Notes: generated from the letters alone by a model not told the origin. A DNA stretch of 64,000 nt from an uncultured delta proteobacterium (GCA_963782055.1 CAWAIF010000003.1:2720001-2784000), one strand, 5' to 3'; counted from the stretch's first letter, positions 41,808-52,468 are shown. Made by a program: numbers and translations.

Positions 41808-42167
41808 TCAGCCGTGCCGCCGGTCGAACCGCATCGTGGTCATCGGGATGCCGATGGTCGCGAGGAAGAAGACGCTGGCGCCGACGATCCAGTTGTTCCA
41901 CGACGCGGCGGACGAGAGCGACGCGAAGTGCAATGCCCACGGCGAGACGAACGCCCAGCCGCCGAGCAGGACGGTCACGCCGTCGGCGGCGCGCATCCTG
42001 GGTCGAGCGAGGCCCCAGAGGGCCAGAAGGACGATCACGCTGCCGAGGATCCAGGCGTTCACCGCGGCGGCCGTGCTGCTCGCGTAGCCCAGGACCCACG
42101 TCGAGATGAACAACCAAGCGCCGAGGCCGACGTTGGCCCAGTCTTCCCATCGAGTCCACGGCTTCAT
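41808..42167 (-). CDS. SPW-repeat membrane protein
   Basis: WEDWANVGLGAWLFISTW and LGGWAFVSPW; AGGAG RBS. Confidence 0.85.
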   Translation of the reverse strand: MKPWTRWEDWANVGLGAWLFISTWVLGYASSTAAAVNAWILGSVIVLLALWGLARPRMRAADGVTVLLGGWAFVSPWALHFASLSSAASWNNWIVGASVFFLATIGIPMTTMRFDRRHG

Positions 42168-42501
42168 GATTTGTCTCCTGATGCGTGCCGGCGCGCGGAC
42201 GTGCCGGCGAGGTTTACGACGACCTCGAAGCATCGCGCGTGCCGCGCCTGCCTCGAGCGTCTCGCCCGTCTGCGGTAGGCCCACATCGGAACGACGGCCT
42301 CGGAAGAGCTGACGCCGCGCGCGCAGCACCTGGCACGGGCACGCAACCCGTTCGCGCCCGCGCGGCATGCTCGACCTCGGCAGCGCGGGGACTGGGGCTC
42401 GAAGGCCATGCGCTCGGCGCTCGGCTTCCGGTGCATCGACGACCACGTCGAGCCAGCCGTTCCGTGCCACCCACCGAGCCGTTCGGGGATATCGTCTGCA
42501 C

Positions 42502-44100
42502 ATGGACGACATCCCCGCGGACACCCTCCGGAAGCTTCGCCGCCTGACCGTCGAGGCCGACCAGCTCATCGAGGCCTGCGTGCGCGACCGGCTCTCCCTG
42601 GGCGCGCTGATGGGGCGCTTCCTGCCGGCGCTGGGGAACTGGATCGGCGTGAAGGGCGCGCTCGTCACCACGCGCAACGAGCACCTCGTCGAGGAGACGT
42701 ACACCTTCGGCGAGTGGACGCTGCTGGGCGGCGCCGACCTGCATCAGGAGGAGGAGCTGCACGCCGTCGTGGTGGGCAGCGGCACCTCGATGTGGATGAA
42801 GCTCTGCGTGGCGGGCGTCGAGGTCGGCCGGCTGGCGGTGCTCATGCCCGGCGATCGTCAGGCCGACGAGGCGGAGCTGCGCCTGCTCCTCGAGACCGTC
42901 TGCGCGGAGCTGGACGTCGTGCTCTCCACCGTGCACACCGCCGCGCACAAGCAGCGGCTCGTCGTGGAGGTGGAGGAGCTGCTCACCGACGCCGTCTTCG
43001 ATCACGGCGTCGACGCCGCGGTCCGCGCGATCTACCGCGAGATCAAGCTGGTGGACTTCGCCCTGCTCTACCACGACGAGGTGGAGCGCGGCCGCTTCCG
43101 CTACCGCATCTACCATCACGGCGAGCTGAAGTACGGATTGGAGGGCCCGCGCCACGCGCAGCTCGACGCGGCCATGGCCGAGCGCGGCGACGAGCTGCTC
43201 GACCCCGCCTCGAGCCTCCTGCGCGAGGTGCTCGGGTCGCCTCGCGGCATCGAGGTGGTGCTCTCGACCGGGATGACGCAGTCACGCCGGCTCGGCAAGG
43301 TGGTGTGCGGCGCCGACGAGCAGGGCTTCTCCGCGTTCGCGCTGGACGTGGTGCAGCTCATGACCGAGGCGATGAGCCAGCGCCTGGTCGACTTCAACCG
43401 CGAGCGGCGCCACCTCGCGCAGTTCTTCGCGCCGAGCGTCATCACCGAGCTCCTCAACGACCCGGCCTACCACCAGCGCTACCTCACACCGCGCGAGGAC
43501 GCCATCGCCGTGCTGTACGCCGACATCAACAGCTTCACCAAGCTCAGCGAGCAGGTGCTGCAGCGGCCGGCGGCCATCGCCGAGTTCGTCAACCGCTGGA
43601 GCGCCGGCGCGGTGGACTGCCTGTGGGAGAACGGCGGCGTCTTCGACAAGATGGTGGGCGACTGCGTCATCGGCCTCTTCGGGCCGCCCTTCTTCCGGGA
43701 CGCCCCCGCCGACCGCGCCGTCGCGGCGCTCAAGGCGGCCGCCGGCATCGCCAGCTTCACCGCCGCGCTCGGGGGCGAGCCCCCGTACGACGCGATCGCG
43801 CGCTCCGGCGTGGTGCCTGGGCTGGGGGTCGCCATCGGCCTCAACCTGTGCCCGATGGCGGTCGGGCTGCTGGGGCCCAACCAGGACTACACCGGCTTCT
43901 CCTCCGGCATGAACAGCGCGGCCCGCCTCCAGTCGCTGGCGGGGTATCGCGAGGCGCTCGCGATGGAGTCGGTCTGCGAGGCGGTCCGCGGGGTCGACGA
44001 CGACTTCGTGCGGCGCCTGGAGCTCGGCGAGCTGCGCGAGACGCCGGTCAAGAACGTGAAGGAGCCGATCCGCTACCGGAAGGTGACCTTCCCGGCCTGA
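42502..44100 (+). CDS. Class III adenylate/guanylate cyclase
   Basis: LYADINSFT, DKMVGDC, MNSAARLQ. Confidence 0.9.
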   Translation: MDDIPADTLRKLRRLTVEADQLIEACVRDRLSLGALMGRFLPALGNWIGVKGALVTTRNEHLVEETYTFGEWTLLGGADLHQEEELHAVVVGSGTSMWMKLCVAGVEVGRLAVLMPGDRQADEAELRLLLETVCAELDVVLSTVHTAAHKQRLVVEVEELLTDAVFDHGVDAAVRAIYREIKLVDFALLYHDEVERGRFRYRIYHHGELKYGLEGPRHAQLDAAMAERGDELLDPASSLLREVLGSPRGIEVVLSTGMTQSRRLGKVVCGADEQGFSAFALDVVQLMTEAMSQRLVDFNRERRHLAQFFAPSVITELLNDPAYHQRYLTPREDAIAVLYADINSFTKLSEQVLQRPAAIAEFVNRWSAGAVDCLWENGGVFDKMVGDCVIGLFGPPFFRDAPADRAVAALKAAAGIASFTAALGGEPPYDAIARSGVVPGLGVAIGLNLCPMAVGLLGPNQDYTGFSSGMNSAARLQSLAGYREALAMESVCEAVRGVDDDFVRRLELGELRETPVKNVKEPIRYRKVTFPA

Positions 44101-44155
44101 GGATCACTCCGCCTCGACCCGCGCCCGCCGAACTTCGGCTACCATCGCGGCCATG

Positions 44156-46191
44156 GTGCGCCGTGAAGAAGCAGGTCGTCCGTCGGGCATGCCCGACGAA
44201 CGACCTGCCTCAAGCTGCGCTTCTCCAGCGGGTGAGAGTCCCGCACCGGTAAGCGTCGGAGCGCCGGGTAGCAGGCCCCAGCCGAGCGGGAGAGATCCCG
44301 TCGGCCGAGCGGGGCGTCGAAAGGGTCCACGGACCGAGCGAGCACGCGGGCCGCAACATGAAGTGAAGCTTGCAGCCTCGTCAGATCTACAAACCGGGAG
44401 CCGAGCCGATCATGTCGCGGCGAAGGCAATATCGGCGGCGCCAGATCCGAAACGCGCCGTCGGTCCCGGCGGGGTAGGGAGCGCAGCACGCGTGCAAGGA
44501 GGAGTGCGGAACTCGGGAGGCCCGTCTGCGTCGCCCTCGTCGGGGCAAGGCGCGTCGTATAAGCCAGAGGCGAAGTCGGCCGCTGCGCAGCGGGAGTCCG
44601 AGGGGGTCACTGTACCGAAGAGCGAGGCGCGAGCTTCGCGAACGAACGCCGTGAAGAACAACGCGGCAGGAGGGAAAGACCCCTGCAGTGGTCGTGTCGG
44701 CGGAGCAGGTAAGCGCGAGGGCATGGCCGGCGAGACCGGTCCCAACCACCCCCATCGGCGACAGCCCATGGACAAAGTGCGACAACTGCAACGCCGGCTG
44801 TGTGCCGCGGCCAAGCGGCATCCGGAGCGCCGATTCCACGCGCTGTATGACCGCATCGCGAGGCGTGACGTCCTCGCGGAAGCGTGGAAGCGGGTAAGGA
44901 GGAACAAGGGAGCCGCGGGCGTCGATGCCCAGACGATCGCGGCGCTCGAGGTGTACGGAGTGGATCGACTCCTCGGAGAGATCCATGACGTGCTCCGTGC
45001 AGGCAGGTACCGGCCGGCAGCGGTGCTGCGCCGGTACATCCCGAAGGCCGATGGGAAGAAGCGGCCGCTTGGGATCCCGACGGTCCGAGACCGGGTGGTG
45101 CAGATGGCGACGAAGCTCGTGCTGGAGCCGATCTTCGAGGCGAGCTTTCGCTCGTGCTCGTACGGCTTCCGTATCGGGCGGAGCGCGACGGACGCCCTGG
45201 AGACGCTGAGGAAGCTCGGCGCGAAGGGGTACAACCACGTGCTCGACGCCGACATCCGTGACTACTTCGGGAGCATCGATCACGACAAGCTGATGAAGCT
45301 CGTCGAGCGGCGCATCTCGGACCGGAGGGTGCTCAAGCTGCTGCGGCAGTGGCTCACGGCGGGGGTGATGGACGAAGGCACGGTGACCAACCCCTCCAGC
45401 GGCACGCCGCAGGGCGGGGTGATCTCGCCGCTGCTCTCGAACATCTACCTCGCCGTGCTCGACGACGTGTGGACGAAGCGGTGCGCGCATCTTGGCGAGC
45501 TGGTTCGTTATGCGGACGACTTCGTCGTGATGTGCAGGACGAAGCGTGACGTCGACGAGGCCGAGCTTCGCGTGAAGCACGTGATGACGCGACTCGGGCT
45601 TGAGCTGCACCCGGACAAGACGAGGAAGCTGGACCTCTCCTGGGGTAAGAAGGGGTTCGACTTCCTCGGCTGCCACCTGCGGAAACGCTTGAGCGGGTCC
45701 ATCTGGGAGAGGTCGCGCAAACGCGTGTACTTCCTCCAGCGCTGGCCATCGGCTCGCGCGATGAAGCGGATCCGGCAGCGCGTGAGGGACCTCACCCCGC
45801 GATCACGCTGCCACGCGGACCTGCGCGACGTCGTCGCGCAGCTCAACCCCGTGCTGCGTGGCTGGGGCGAGTACTTTCGCACCGGGAACGCCGACGTGAA
45901 GTTCAACCGACTCGACGAGTACGTGTACGAACGGCTTCGAGCGCTGCGCCTGAAACGGGCCGGCTCGAAGCTCAAGGCCGGACAAGCCGAGCGCTGGACC
46001 CGCGACTACTTCGTCGAAGGCTTCGGGCTCCACCGCCTGCGCGGGACCATCCGCTACCCGGAGGCCGCGTAATGCCGCGTCACGAGAGACCACCGGTAAG
46101 CCGTGTGCGGGAAATCCGCACGCACGGTTTGAGAGGGGGTCTTGACTCCAACCGCCGCCGTAGGGCGGCCAAGGTGTAAGGATCTACCAAT
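44156..46191 (+). mobile_element. Group II intron
   Basis: 5' GTGCG; domain V AAGCCGTGTGCGGGAAATCCGCACGCACGGTTT at 46098-46130; ends ...ACCAAT; internal RT ORF. Confidence 0.93.
44768..46072 (+). CDS. ltrA: Group II intron reverse transcriptase/maturase without endonuclease domain
   Basis: RPLGIPTVRDR, GTPQGGVISPLL, RYADD, FDFLG, LRGWGEYF; start may be 44723. Confidence 0.95.
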   Translation: MDKVRQLQRRLCAAAKRHPERRFHALYDRIARRDVLAEAWKRVRRNKGAAGVDAQTIAALEVYGVDRLLGEIHDVLRAGRYRPAAVLRRYIPKADGKKRPLGIPTVRDRVVQMATKLVLEPIFEASFRSCSYGFRIGRSATDALETLRKLGAKGYNHVLDADIRDYFGSIDHDKLMKLVERRISDRRVLKLLRQWLTAGVMDEGTVTNPSSGTPQGGVISPLLSNIYLAVLDDVWTKRCAHLGELVRYADDFVVMCRTKRDVDEAELRVKHVMTRLGLELHPDKTRKLDLSWGKKGFDFLGCHLRKRLSGSIWERSRKRVYFLQRWPSARAMKRIRQRVRDLTPRSRCHADLRDVVAQLNPVLRGWGEYFRTGNADVKFNRLDEYVYERLRALRLKRAGSKLKAGQAERWTRDYFVEGFGLHRLRGTIRYPEAA

Positions 46192-47044
46192 GCGACGCCG
46201 GTTGGCTCACCCGATCGCCACACGTGCCCTCCTGGCGTCGCTCGCCGCGCTCGGCTTCGCGGCCTTCGCCGCGTGCCACGAGGACGCCCCCGGTCCCACG
46301 ACCGACCCGTGCGCGGTGCTCTTCGGGAGCCCCAACGACAAGACCGGGCTCACAGCCGACCAGTGCAAGCCCTCGTGTGCGTGCGGCGCGGACGCGTTCG
46401 CGCCGCCTGCCTACGACTCGGCGTTCGTCGATTCGCTGGTGAGCGACTGGACGCTGGCCACCCCCTTCGCTCCCGTCGACGTCGATCCCTACGCGTCGCC
46501 GGCCCCGGCGCCGGACTCTCCGGACACGGTGTGCGGGGTGCTGCCGCAAGGTCCGCCCGGCACCGTGCCGCGCCCCTACACGCTGGTGACGTACCCCTCG
46601 ATCGACGCCGCGAGCGCGGCGGGCGCGACGCCCACGCACTACGGCCGCTGCGGCGTGTGCTCGCCGCTGGTGGACCTGGCCGTGTACATGCGCGAGCAAG
46701 ATCTCGGTGGGCCGGCGCGCGCGTGCGGGCTCGTCGGCCTCACCGACGGTGGGGCGGCCAACGTCGCGTGCCTGGAGAAGCTGGGCTTCGACCACCCGTG
46801 CGCGCAGGCGTGGTACTGGGACACGCTCAACACGCGGAAGAACTGCCTGGGCATCTGCCTCGCCACGCCGGCGGTGCCCTACGAGGAGCCGGACGGCGCG
46901 CTCAACGCGTGCGTCCAGTGTGACGAGGACCAGAGCGGGCCGGTCTTCAAGGCGGTGGCCGGTCGCACGCGGCGCAACTCCGGATTGCCGACGGCGCTTT
47001 GTCGGCCGTGCTCGGAGGTCCGCCCGATCGTGCACGCGTACTGA
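46190..47044 (+). CDS. Cys-rich lipoprotein (intron host gene)
   Basis: FAAC lipobox; THYGRCGVCS, CVQCDE...GPVFKAVAGRTRRNSG. Confidence 0.85.
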   Translation: MRRRLAHPIATRALLASLAALGFAAFAACHEDAPGPTTDPCAVLFGSPNDKTGLTADQCKPSCACGADAFAPPAYDSAFVDSLVSDWTLATPFAPVDVDPYASPAPAPDSPDTVCGVLPQGPPGTVPRPYTLVTYPSIDAASAAGATPTHYGRCGVCSPLVDLAVYMREQDLGGPARACGLVGLTDGGAANVACLEKLGFDHPCAQAWYWDTLNTRKNCLGICLATPAVPYEEPDGALNACVQCDEDQSGPVFKAVAGRTRRNSGLPTALCRPCSEVRPIVHAY

Positions 47045-47064
47045 GCCGGGAGGCGGGCGCGGGG

Positions 47065-48120
47065 TTACTGGTGTGCGTGCCCGTGGTGCACGTCCGGCGC
47101 GTGCTCGTGATCGTGCTCCACCGGGTCGTGCCGGTGCGGGTGCGTGTGCTCTCCCGCGACGGGGGGCTCGTGCACGTGATCGTGGTGCCCGTCGTCGTGG
47201 CGGTGCGCGTGCTCGTGCTCCAGCGCGGGGTGCGTGTGGCGGTGCCGGTGACGCTCCGTCGCGTGCAGGACGACGCCCGCGGCGAAGAGCGCGCCGGCGA
47301 TCGCCGTCCACCCGGCGTGCGACCTGTCGCCGAGCGCCCACGCGATCGCGGCGCCGACGAAGGGTGCCAGCGCGAAGATGGACCCCGTGCGCGCCGCCCC
47401 CATGCGCCGCTGCGCCAGCAGGTACAGTCGCAGGCTCAGGCCGTAGCCGGTGGCGCCGCACGCGAGCAGCACGAGGGCCGGGCCCGTCTCCGGGAGATGC
47501 TCCCGCGCGAAGAGCGCGGCCGTGCCCGTCAGCGCGACGCCCAGAGCGCCCTTCGCGGCGACGACGCGCGCCGGGTCCTGCTCGGCGAGCCCGCGCGTCA
47601 GCGTGTTGTCGAGCGCCCACGCCGCCGTCGCGCCGGCGACCGCCAGCGCCCCGAGGCCGCTCCAGCCGGCGTGCGCCGCCGGCCCCGCGGTGAGCGCGGC
47701 CCCGCCCAGCGTCATGAGCAAGAGCGCCCCCGCCACGCGCGAGCCGATGGGCTCGCGGTAGAAGGCGCGCGCGAGCAGGACGGTGAAGACCGCCTCCAGG
47801 TTGAGGAGCAGCGAGCCGGCCGTCCCCCCGGCGCGCTGCAGACCCCAGGCGAGCAGGGTGGGGGCGATGCCCGCTCCCAGGAGCGCGATCGCGAGGAGCC
47901 GGCCCAGGTGCGCGCGACGCAGCGGCGCCCCGCTCCCTGGAGAGACCGCGCCGAGCGCGAGCGCGGACGCGCAGGCCCCCGCGTAGAGCAGCGCGGCCGT
48001 GGTGAGCGGGCCCACGCCGCGCCCGGCGAGGGCCACGAAGGGCGTGGTGATCCCGAAGCTCAGCGCCGCGAGGACCGCGAGCCACGCTCCTGCCGTGAGG
48101 GGGGAGTGCCGCGTCGTCAC
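47065..48120 (-). CDS. DMT/EamA transporter with His-rich C-terminus
   Basis: About 10 TM; HRHRHTH...HGHAH tail. Confidence 0.9.
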   Translation of the reverse strand: MTTRHSPLTAGAWLAVLAALSFGITTPFVALAGRGVGPLTTAALLYAGACASALALGAVSPGSGAPLRRAHLGRLLAIALLGAGIAPTLLAWGLQRAGGTAGSLLLNLEAVFTVLLARAFYREPIGSRVAGALLLMTLGGAALTAGPAAHAGWSGLGALAVAGATAAWALDNTLTRGLAEQDPARVVAAKGALGVALTGTAALFAREHLPETGPALVLLACGATGYGLSLRLYLLAQRRMGAARTGSIFALAPFVGAAIAWALGDRSHAGWTAIAGALFAAGVVLHATERHRHRHTHPALEHEHAHRHDDGHHDHVHEPPVAGEHTHPHRHDPVEHDHEHAPDVHHGHAHQ

Positions 48121-48174
48121 GAGATCAGTGTAATCGCTGGCCCCGGCGCCGGTGGTCCCCGGCGGGGCAGCTCG

Positions 48175-49941
48175 TCACTTCGGCGTCGGCGGCACCACCA
48201 CGGTGTTGATGGGCTTCACGCTCGCGCCTGCCGGGTAGGCGTAGCTCGACGCGCTGGCGTAACCCCAGACGGTGATGCCGATCCGCCCGGTGCTGGTGAT
48301 CTTGTGCAGCCCGTTGTCGCACTTGCCGACGGGCGCGTTGGCGTGCCGCAGATCGACGTGCGTGTACTCGTACTGCCCGCCCGCGCCCACCGGCTGCCAC
48401 CCGGTGACGGTCCCGAGGCAGTCCAGGTTGACGTCCTTGAAGCCGTCCTTCTCCTTCACGCGCACCAGCGAGATCTCGGTGTAGCCGTAGGTCGGGTCGG
48501 TGAAGAAGATGTACGAGTTGAGGTACTGGGCGGGCGGCACGACGTTGACCGTCTCCGGCCCGCCCACGCTGTAGTCGGAGGACTCGTTGGCGATGGCGAC
48601 GTACTCGCTGCCGAGCGCCTTGATAGGCGGGATCTGCTGGTGGCCGGCGTCGCAGTCGTAGCCCGGGCGGTGGGCGGCGAGGTAGAAGGGGTGCTTGTCG
48701 TCCTGCGAGGTGACGCGGAACGCGGCCGGCCCGGGGAACTCCACGAGCTGGCCCTCGTTCAGCGTCTTGGGCGCGCCGGCGACCGGCGGGTCGTAGGTGA
48801 GGGTGGTCCCGTCGACGGTGCCGACGATGCGCCACGGCGGCGGGTTGGGGTCGGTCATGCAGAAGTGCTCGCCCCACACGCCGATCGGCTTGGTGGACTG
48901 CACGATGCTCCCGGTCAGGTCGTTGCCCTGGCTGTCGGGGAACTGCATGATGTGGACGTTCTGGCCCTTGTTGATGGTGTAGGTGACCGGGCTGCCCTTG
49001 GTCGCCCCCTTCACGCCGCCGGCCGCGGTGATGTTCTCGGTCGGCAGCAGCGTGATCTGCGTGTTGTCCTCCTGCGCGACGAGGTCGATGCCCGGCGGGA
49101 AGGCGGTGGGCTGCTCGCCCATGGTCGCGGCGACGTAGTTGGTGTCCCACGCGGTGATGGGCAGCAGCAGCGTGGCGCTGGAGATGTACGAGGCCGCGCC
49201 GCCGAACGGGTAGATGTCGTAGACGACGGCGGGCACGCTGGTCTTGATCTCCATCGCGTTGCCGATGTTCGTCCCGTGGAGGACCATGTCCTCGCTCTCG
49301 ACCGCGGCCTTGGTGCCGGCGGGGCACTGCACCTTGAACCCGCTGCCGCCCTGCGTCTGGTTCAGGAAGACGATGGCCATGCTGTCTTGCGGGATGCCCG
49401 ACTGCGGGATGGGCTGGTAGGTGATGGAGTTGCCCGAGCCCTTCGGGATGTAGGCGTAGGGCGTGGCGTCGATGGTCTTGCCCTTCCAGACGAGGGAGAC
49501 CTTCATCGACGAGGTCCAGTTGTTGGTGACGAACGCGGCGAAGCAGTTCCCGGCGGCACCGCCGCTGTTGTAGGACTGGTTCCAGGCGTCGGCCGGCAGC
49601 GCGTAGTAGTCGCAGCCGATGGAGCTCTTGTTGGCGGCGGCGGCGTCGCACGCCGCGATGCACCCCGTAGGGCCGCACCCCTGATCGCCGGTGCACGTCT
49701 GCAGGACCGTCGGGTTGTCCCCGCAGCTCAGGATCTCGTGGAGATCGCCGGAGCACTGGGTGCACTGGTTGCCGCCGTCGGACCCGCCCTCGATGTCGAA
49801 GTTGGGGTTGCCGGAGTCGTTAAGCGGGCCGCCGTCGGTGGAGGCGTCGCCGTCGCCGAAGCGGTTCTGCTCCTGTGATCCGCAGGCAAAGGCAACGATG
49901 GCGAGGCCAAGAAGAGGAAGCGAATGGACAATGCGCCGCAT
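48175..49941 (-). CDS. IgGFc-binding domain lipoprotein, paralog of 32801-34573
   Basis: AFAC lipobox; colinear high similarity to the paralog. Confidence 0.85.
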   Translation of the reverse strand: MRRIVHSLPLLGLAIVAFACGSQEQNRFGDGDASTDGGPLNDSGNPNFDIEGGSDGGNQCTQCSGDLHEILSCGDNPTVLQTCTGDQGCGPTGCIAACDAAAANKSSIGCDYYALPADAWNQSYNSGGAAGNCFAAFVTNNWTSSMKVSLVWKGKTIDATPYAYIPKGSGNSITYQPIPQSGIPQDSMAIVFLNQTQGGSGFKVQCPAGTKAAVESEDMVLHGTNIGNAMEIKTSVPAVVYDIYPFGGAASYISSATLLLPITAWDTNYVAATMGEQPTAFPPGIDLVAQEDNTQITLLPTENITAAGGVKGATKGSPVTYTINKGQNVHIMQFPDSQGNDLTGSIVQSTKPIGVWGEHFCMTDPNPPPWRIVGTVDGTTLTYDPPVAGAPKTLNEGQLVEFPGPAAFRVTSQDDKHPFYLAAHRPGYDCDAGHQQIPPIKALGSEYVAIANESSDYSVGGPETVNVVPPAQYLNSYIFFTDPTYGYTEISLVRVKEKDGFKDVNLDCLGTVTGWQPVGAGGQYEYTHVDLRHANAPVGKCDNGLHKITSTGRIGITVWGYASASSYAYPAGASVKPINTVVVPPTPK

Positions 49942-50011
49942 GCGCAAGAATCTGCCATCCGGTCCACTCTCCGTCAATTGAAGGGGCGCGACGCGGTGCG
50001 GCGTCGGCGCG

Positions 50012-50607
50012 TCAACGCGCGGACGCCGGCCGTGCGCAGGCGCGCTCCAGCTGGCGCAGACGACGCTCCCGATGTCTCTGCGCGCGGCGCTCGCGGTCGC
50101 GTGCGCGCACGACCCAGAACCCGTACTCGGTGAGACGATCGAGGGTGGCCTCGTCGCCGAACCCAAGGCGAATGCGCATGCAGAGCGCCTCCAGGTGCCT
50201 GCGCGCCCGTGCGCACGCGCGCGGGGCGGGCCAGCGGCGCTCACCCGGCGCAAGCGCGCCGTCGAGCGCATGCCTGACGTGCCCGACGAGCACCAGCCCG
50301 AAGAACGCCCGGGCACCCGCCGACGCCCCTCCGCGGTGAGCGCGACGATGCAATCGCGCCCATCGCGCCGCCGCGTGACCAGCCCCAGCTGCTCGAGCGA
50401 CCGCATCATGCGGCTGATGGTGGAGCGCGCGACGCCGAGCCCGCGCCGAAGGTTGCTCTGCAGATGAACGCAGCCCGTCCCGAGCCGGTACAGCGCATCG
50501 AGCAGGTCGTACCGCGCCGCCGTGAGCCCCATCGCCGCCAGCGCCCGCCGCGTCAGCTTGAGCGTCGCGTAGTAGGCCCGCTTGATCGTGAAGAACACAG
50601 GGTCCAT
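50012..50607 (-). CDS. MarR-family regulator, frameshifted ~50313
   Basis: GLTAARYDLL, LGVARSTISRMMRSLEQLGLV, VALTAEGR. Confidence 0.75.
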
Positions 50608-50707
50608 CCCGCCCACCCAGAGCACGCCCCATGCCACCCCCCCTCCCCTCCAGAATGCCGCCGAAACGTCGAAGGGCGAGCCTGCTTGCAATCCGACGTT
50701 TGGTGTC

Positions 50708-50772
50708 CGGGGACAGGGAGGGGGGACAGGGGGGACAGGGGGGACAGGGGGGAGCAGGGGGACCAGGGGGAC
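50708..50772 (+). repeat. G-rich short tandem repeat (GGGGGACAG-like)
   Basis: About six imperfect units in an intergenic region. Confidence 0.85.
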
Positions 50773-50965
50773 GCGACGGATAGCAGCGAGGGGAGGTGGA
50801 GCGGGCGCGGGCTGGGCTGGAGGAGGGCAGCGGGGGGGGGCGTGTGGGGGGATGTCTGCGCGAAGCGCCCATCTCCGAGGCGAGCCCTAGAACCTTGCGC
50901 GGGAGGGCAGGGGGGTGGCACGCTCGAGTGAGCGTTCCCTTTCCCACTATGCTTCTGGAGGCTTC

Positions 50966-51706
50966 ATGCGAGTCGCTTCGATCCTTTCCCTCGTGTTTGC
51001 TTCCTCCCTCGTCGTCGCGTGCAGCGGCGACAACGGCTCGTCGACGACAGACGACGGCGGCACGAACGACGGCGGCGGCACGACCGATGGCGGCACGACC
51101 GACGGCGGCGCGACCGATGGCGGCACGACCGACGGCGGCACGACCGACGGCGGCGGTGCCGACGGCGGTGTCCTGAACTGCGCCAACGCGAAGCCGGTGG
51201 TGCTCACCATCGGCAGCTGCAGCACCCTGACGGCCTGCGGCGGAGACCCCACGGGCACGTGGAACTACACGCAGGGCTGCCTCGCGGACCCCTTCGCGCA
51301 GGCGAAGAAGACCTGTCAGGCGCTGAACGTGACGCAGCAGACCGCAACGGTCCAGGGCTGCATCCAGTTCGCCGGCAACCTCGTCGGCCGCAACGTGAAG
51401 GTCAGCTACAGCGCGTCCGCGACCTTCCCGCTCGCCTGCGCGCTCGGCGACTGCGCCAACGCGGAGACGGCCCTCAAGGGCTACTTCCAGACCGCCACCT
51501 GCACCAAATCGACCACCGAGTGCAACTGCACCGTCGCCTCGACGTACACCACCACCGGCGGCGATACCTACTCGACGGCGAACAACCAGATCGTGACGGG
51601 CGCCGGCGACCACTACGACTTCTGCGTCAACGGCACGTCTCTCGGTTACTCCCACGTCTCGGGCAGCGCCCAGGAGCCGGGCAACTACACCCTCACCAAG
51701 CAGTGA
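50966..51706 (+). CDS. Cys-rich lipoprotein with (TTDGG)n linker
   Basis: GGAGG RBS; VVAC lipobox; 15-bp tandem repeats ~51045-51170. Confidence 0.85.
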   Translation: MRVASILSLVFASSLVVACSGDNGSSTTDDGGTNDGGGTTDGGTTDGGATDGGTTDGGTTDGGGADGGVLNCANAKPVVLTIGSCSTLTACGGDPTGTWNYTQGCLADPFAQAKKTCQALNVTQQTATVQGCIQFAGNLVGRNVKVSYSASATFPLACALGDCANAETALKGYFQTATCTKSTTECNCTVASTYTTTGGDTYSTANNQIVTGAGDHYDFCVNGTSLGYSHVSGSAQEPGNYTLTKQ

Positions 51707-51749
51707 TCCCACTGGACGGCGGGAGGCATGGGCCCCACCTTCGAGGGCC

Positions 51750-52400
51750 ATGTCCTCCCTCGCCGTCGACGTCTTCTCCGATGTGGTCTGTCCCTGGTGC
51801 CTGATCGGCACCACCCGGCTCGATCAGGCCCTCGCCACCTTCCCCGACCTCCAGGCGACGGTGGTCTACCACCCGTTTCTCCTGGACCCGTCCACCCCGA
51901 CGGAGGGCCAGGATCTGCGCGAGCGGCTGCGCGCGAAGTACGGGGCAGACCCCGAGCGCATGTTCGAGCGGGTGGAGCACGAGGCGCGTGCCAGCGGCAT
52001 CCCCCTCGACTTCTCGCGGGTGAAGCGCTCGATCAACACGGTGAGGGCGCAGACGCTCCTGCGCCTCGCGCAGCAGAGGGGCACCCAGCGCCCCCTCGCG
52101 AAGGCCCTGTTCGCCGCCTACTTTCTCGAGGGCCAGGACGTGAGCGACCCGGAGGTGCTCGCCGCGCTGGCCTCCTCACACGGCTTCACGTCGGATGAAA
52201 CGCGCGCGCTCGTCGCCGACGAGGCGGAGCTGGAGCGCACCCGGCAGGAGGCGGCGGCCGCGACGGAGGAGGGCATCCAGGGCGTGCCCTTCTTCGTGTT
52301 CGATGGCCGCCTCGCCTTCTCCGGCGCCCAGCCGGTGGAGACCTTCCGGCAGGTCATCGCGCGCGCCCTCGAGCCGCGCGAGGAGGACCCCCAGACCTAG
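51750..52400 (+). CDS. DsbA/FrnE-family oxidoreductase
   Basis: SDVVCPWC, GVPFF, SGAQP. Confidence 0.92.
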   Translation: MSSLAVDVFSDVVCPWCLIGTTRLDQALATFPDLQATVVYHPFLLDPSTPTEGQDLRERLRAKYGADPERMFERVEHEARASGIPLDFSRVKRSINTVRAQTLLRLAQQRGTQRPLAKALFAAYFLEGQDVSDPEVLAALASSHGFTSDETRALVADEAELERTRQEAAAATEEGIQGVPFFVFDGRLAFSGAQPVETFRQVIARALEPREEDPQT

Positions 52401-52468
52401 TCGCGCCGTCGCAGGCCCCGCGCGCGCCCCGCGGTCGTCGCAGGCCCCCGCGCGCTCCGCGCAGTCGC

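Noticed and set aside
48175..50691. MarR-IgGFc fusion protein
   Set aside because: Artefact of the MarR frameshift; the IgGFc gene has its own signal peptide starting at 49941.
51045..51170. 15-bp tandem repeat as a non-coding array
   Set aside because: It encodes the TTDGG linker of a lipoprotein.
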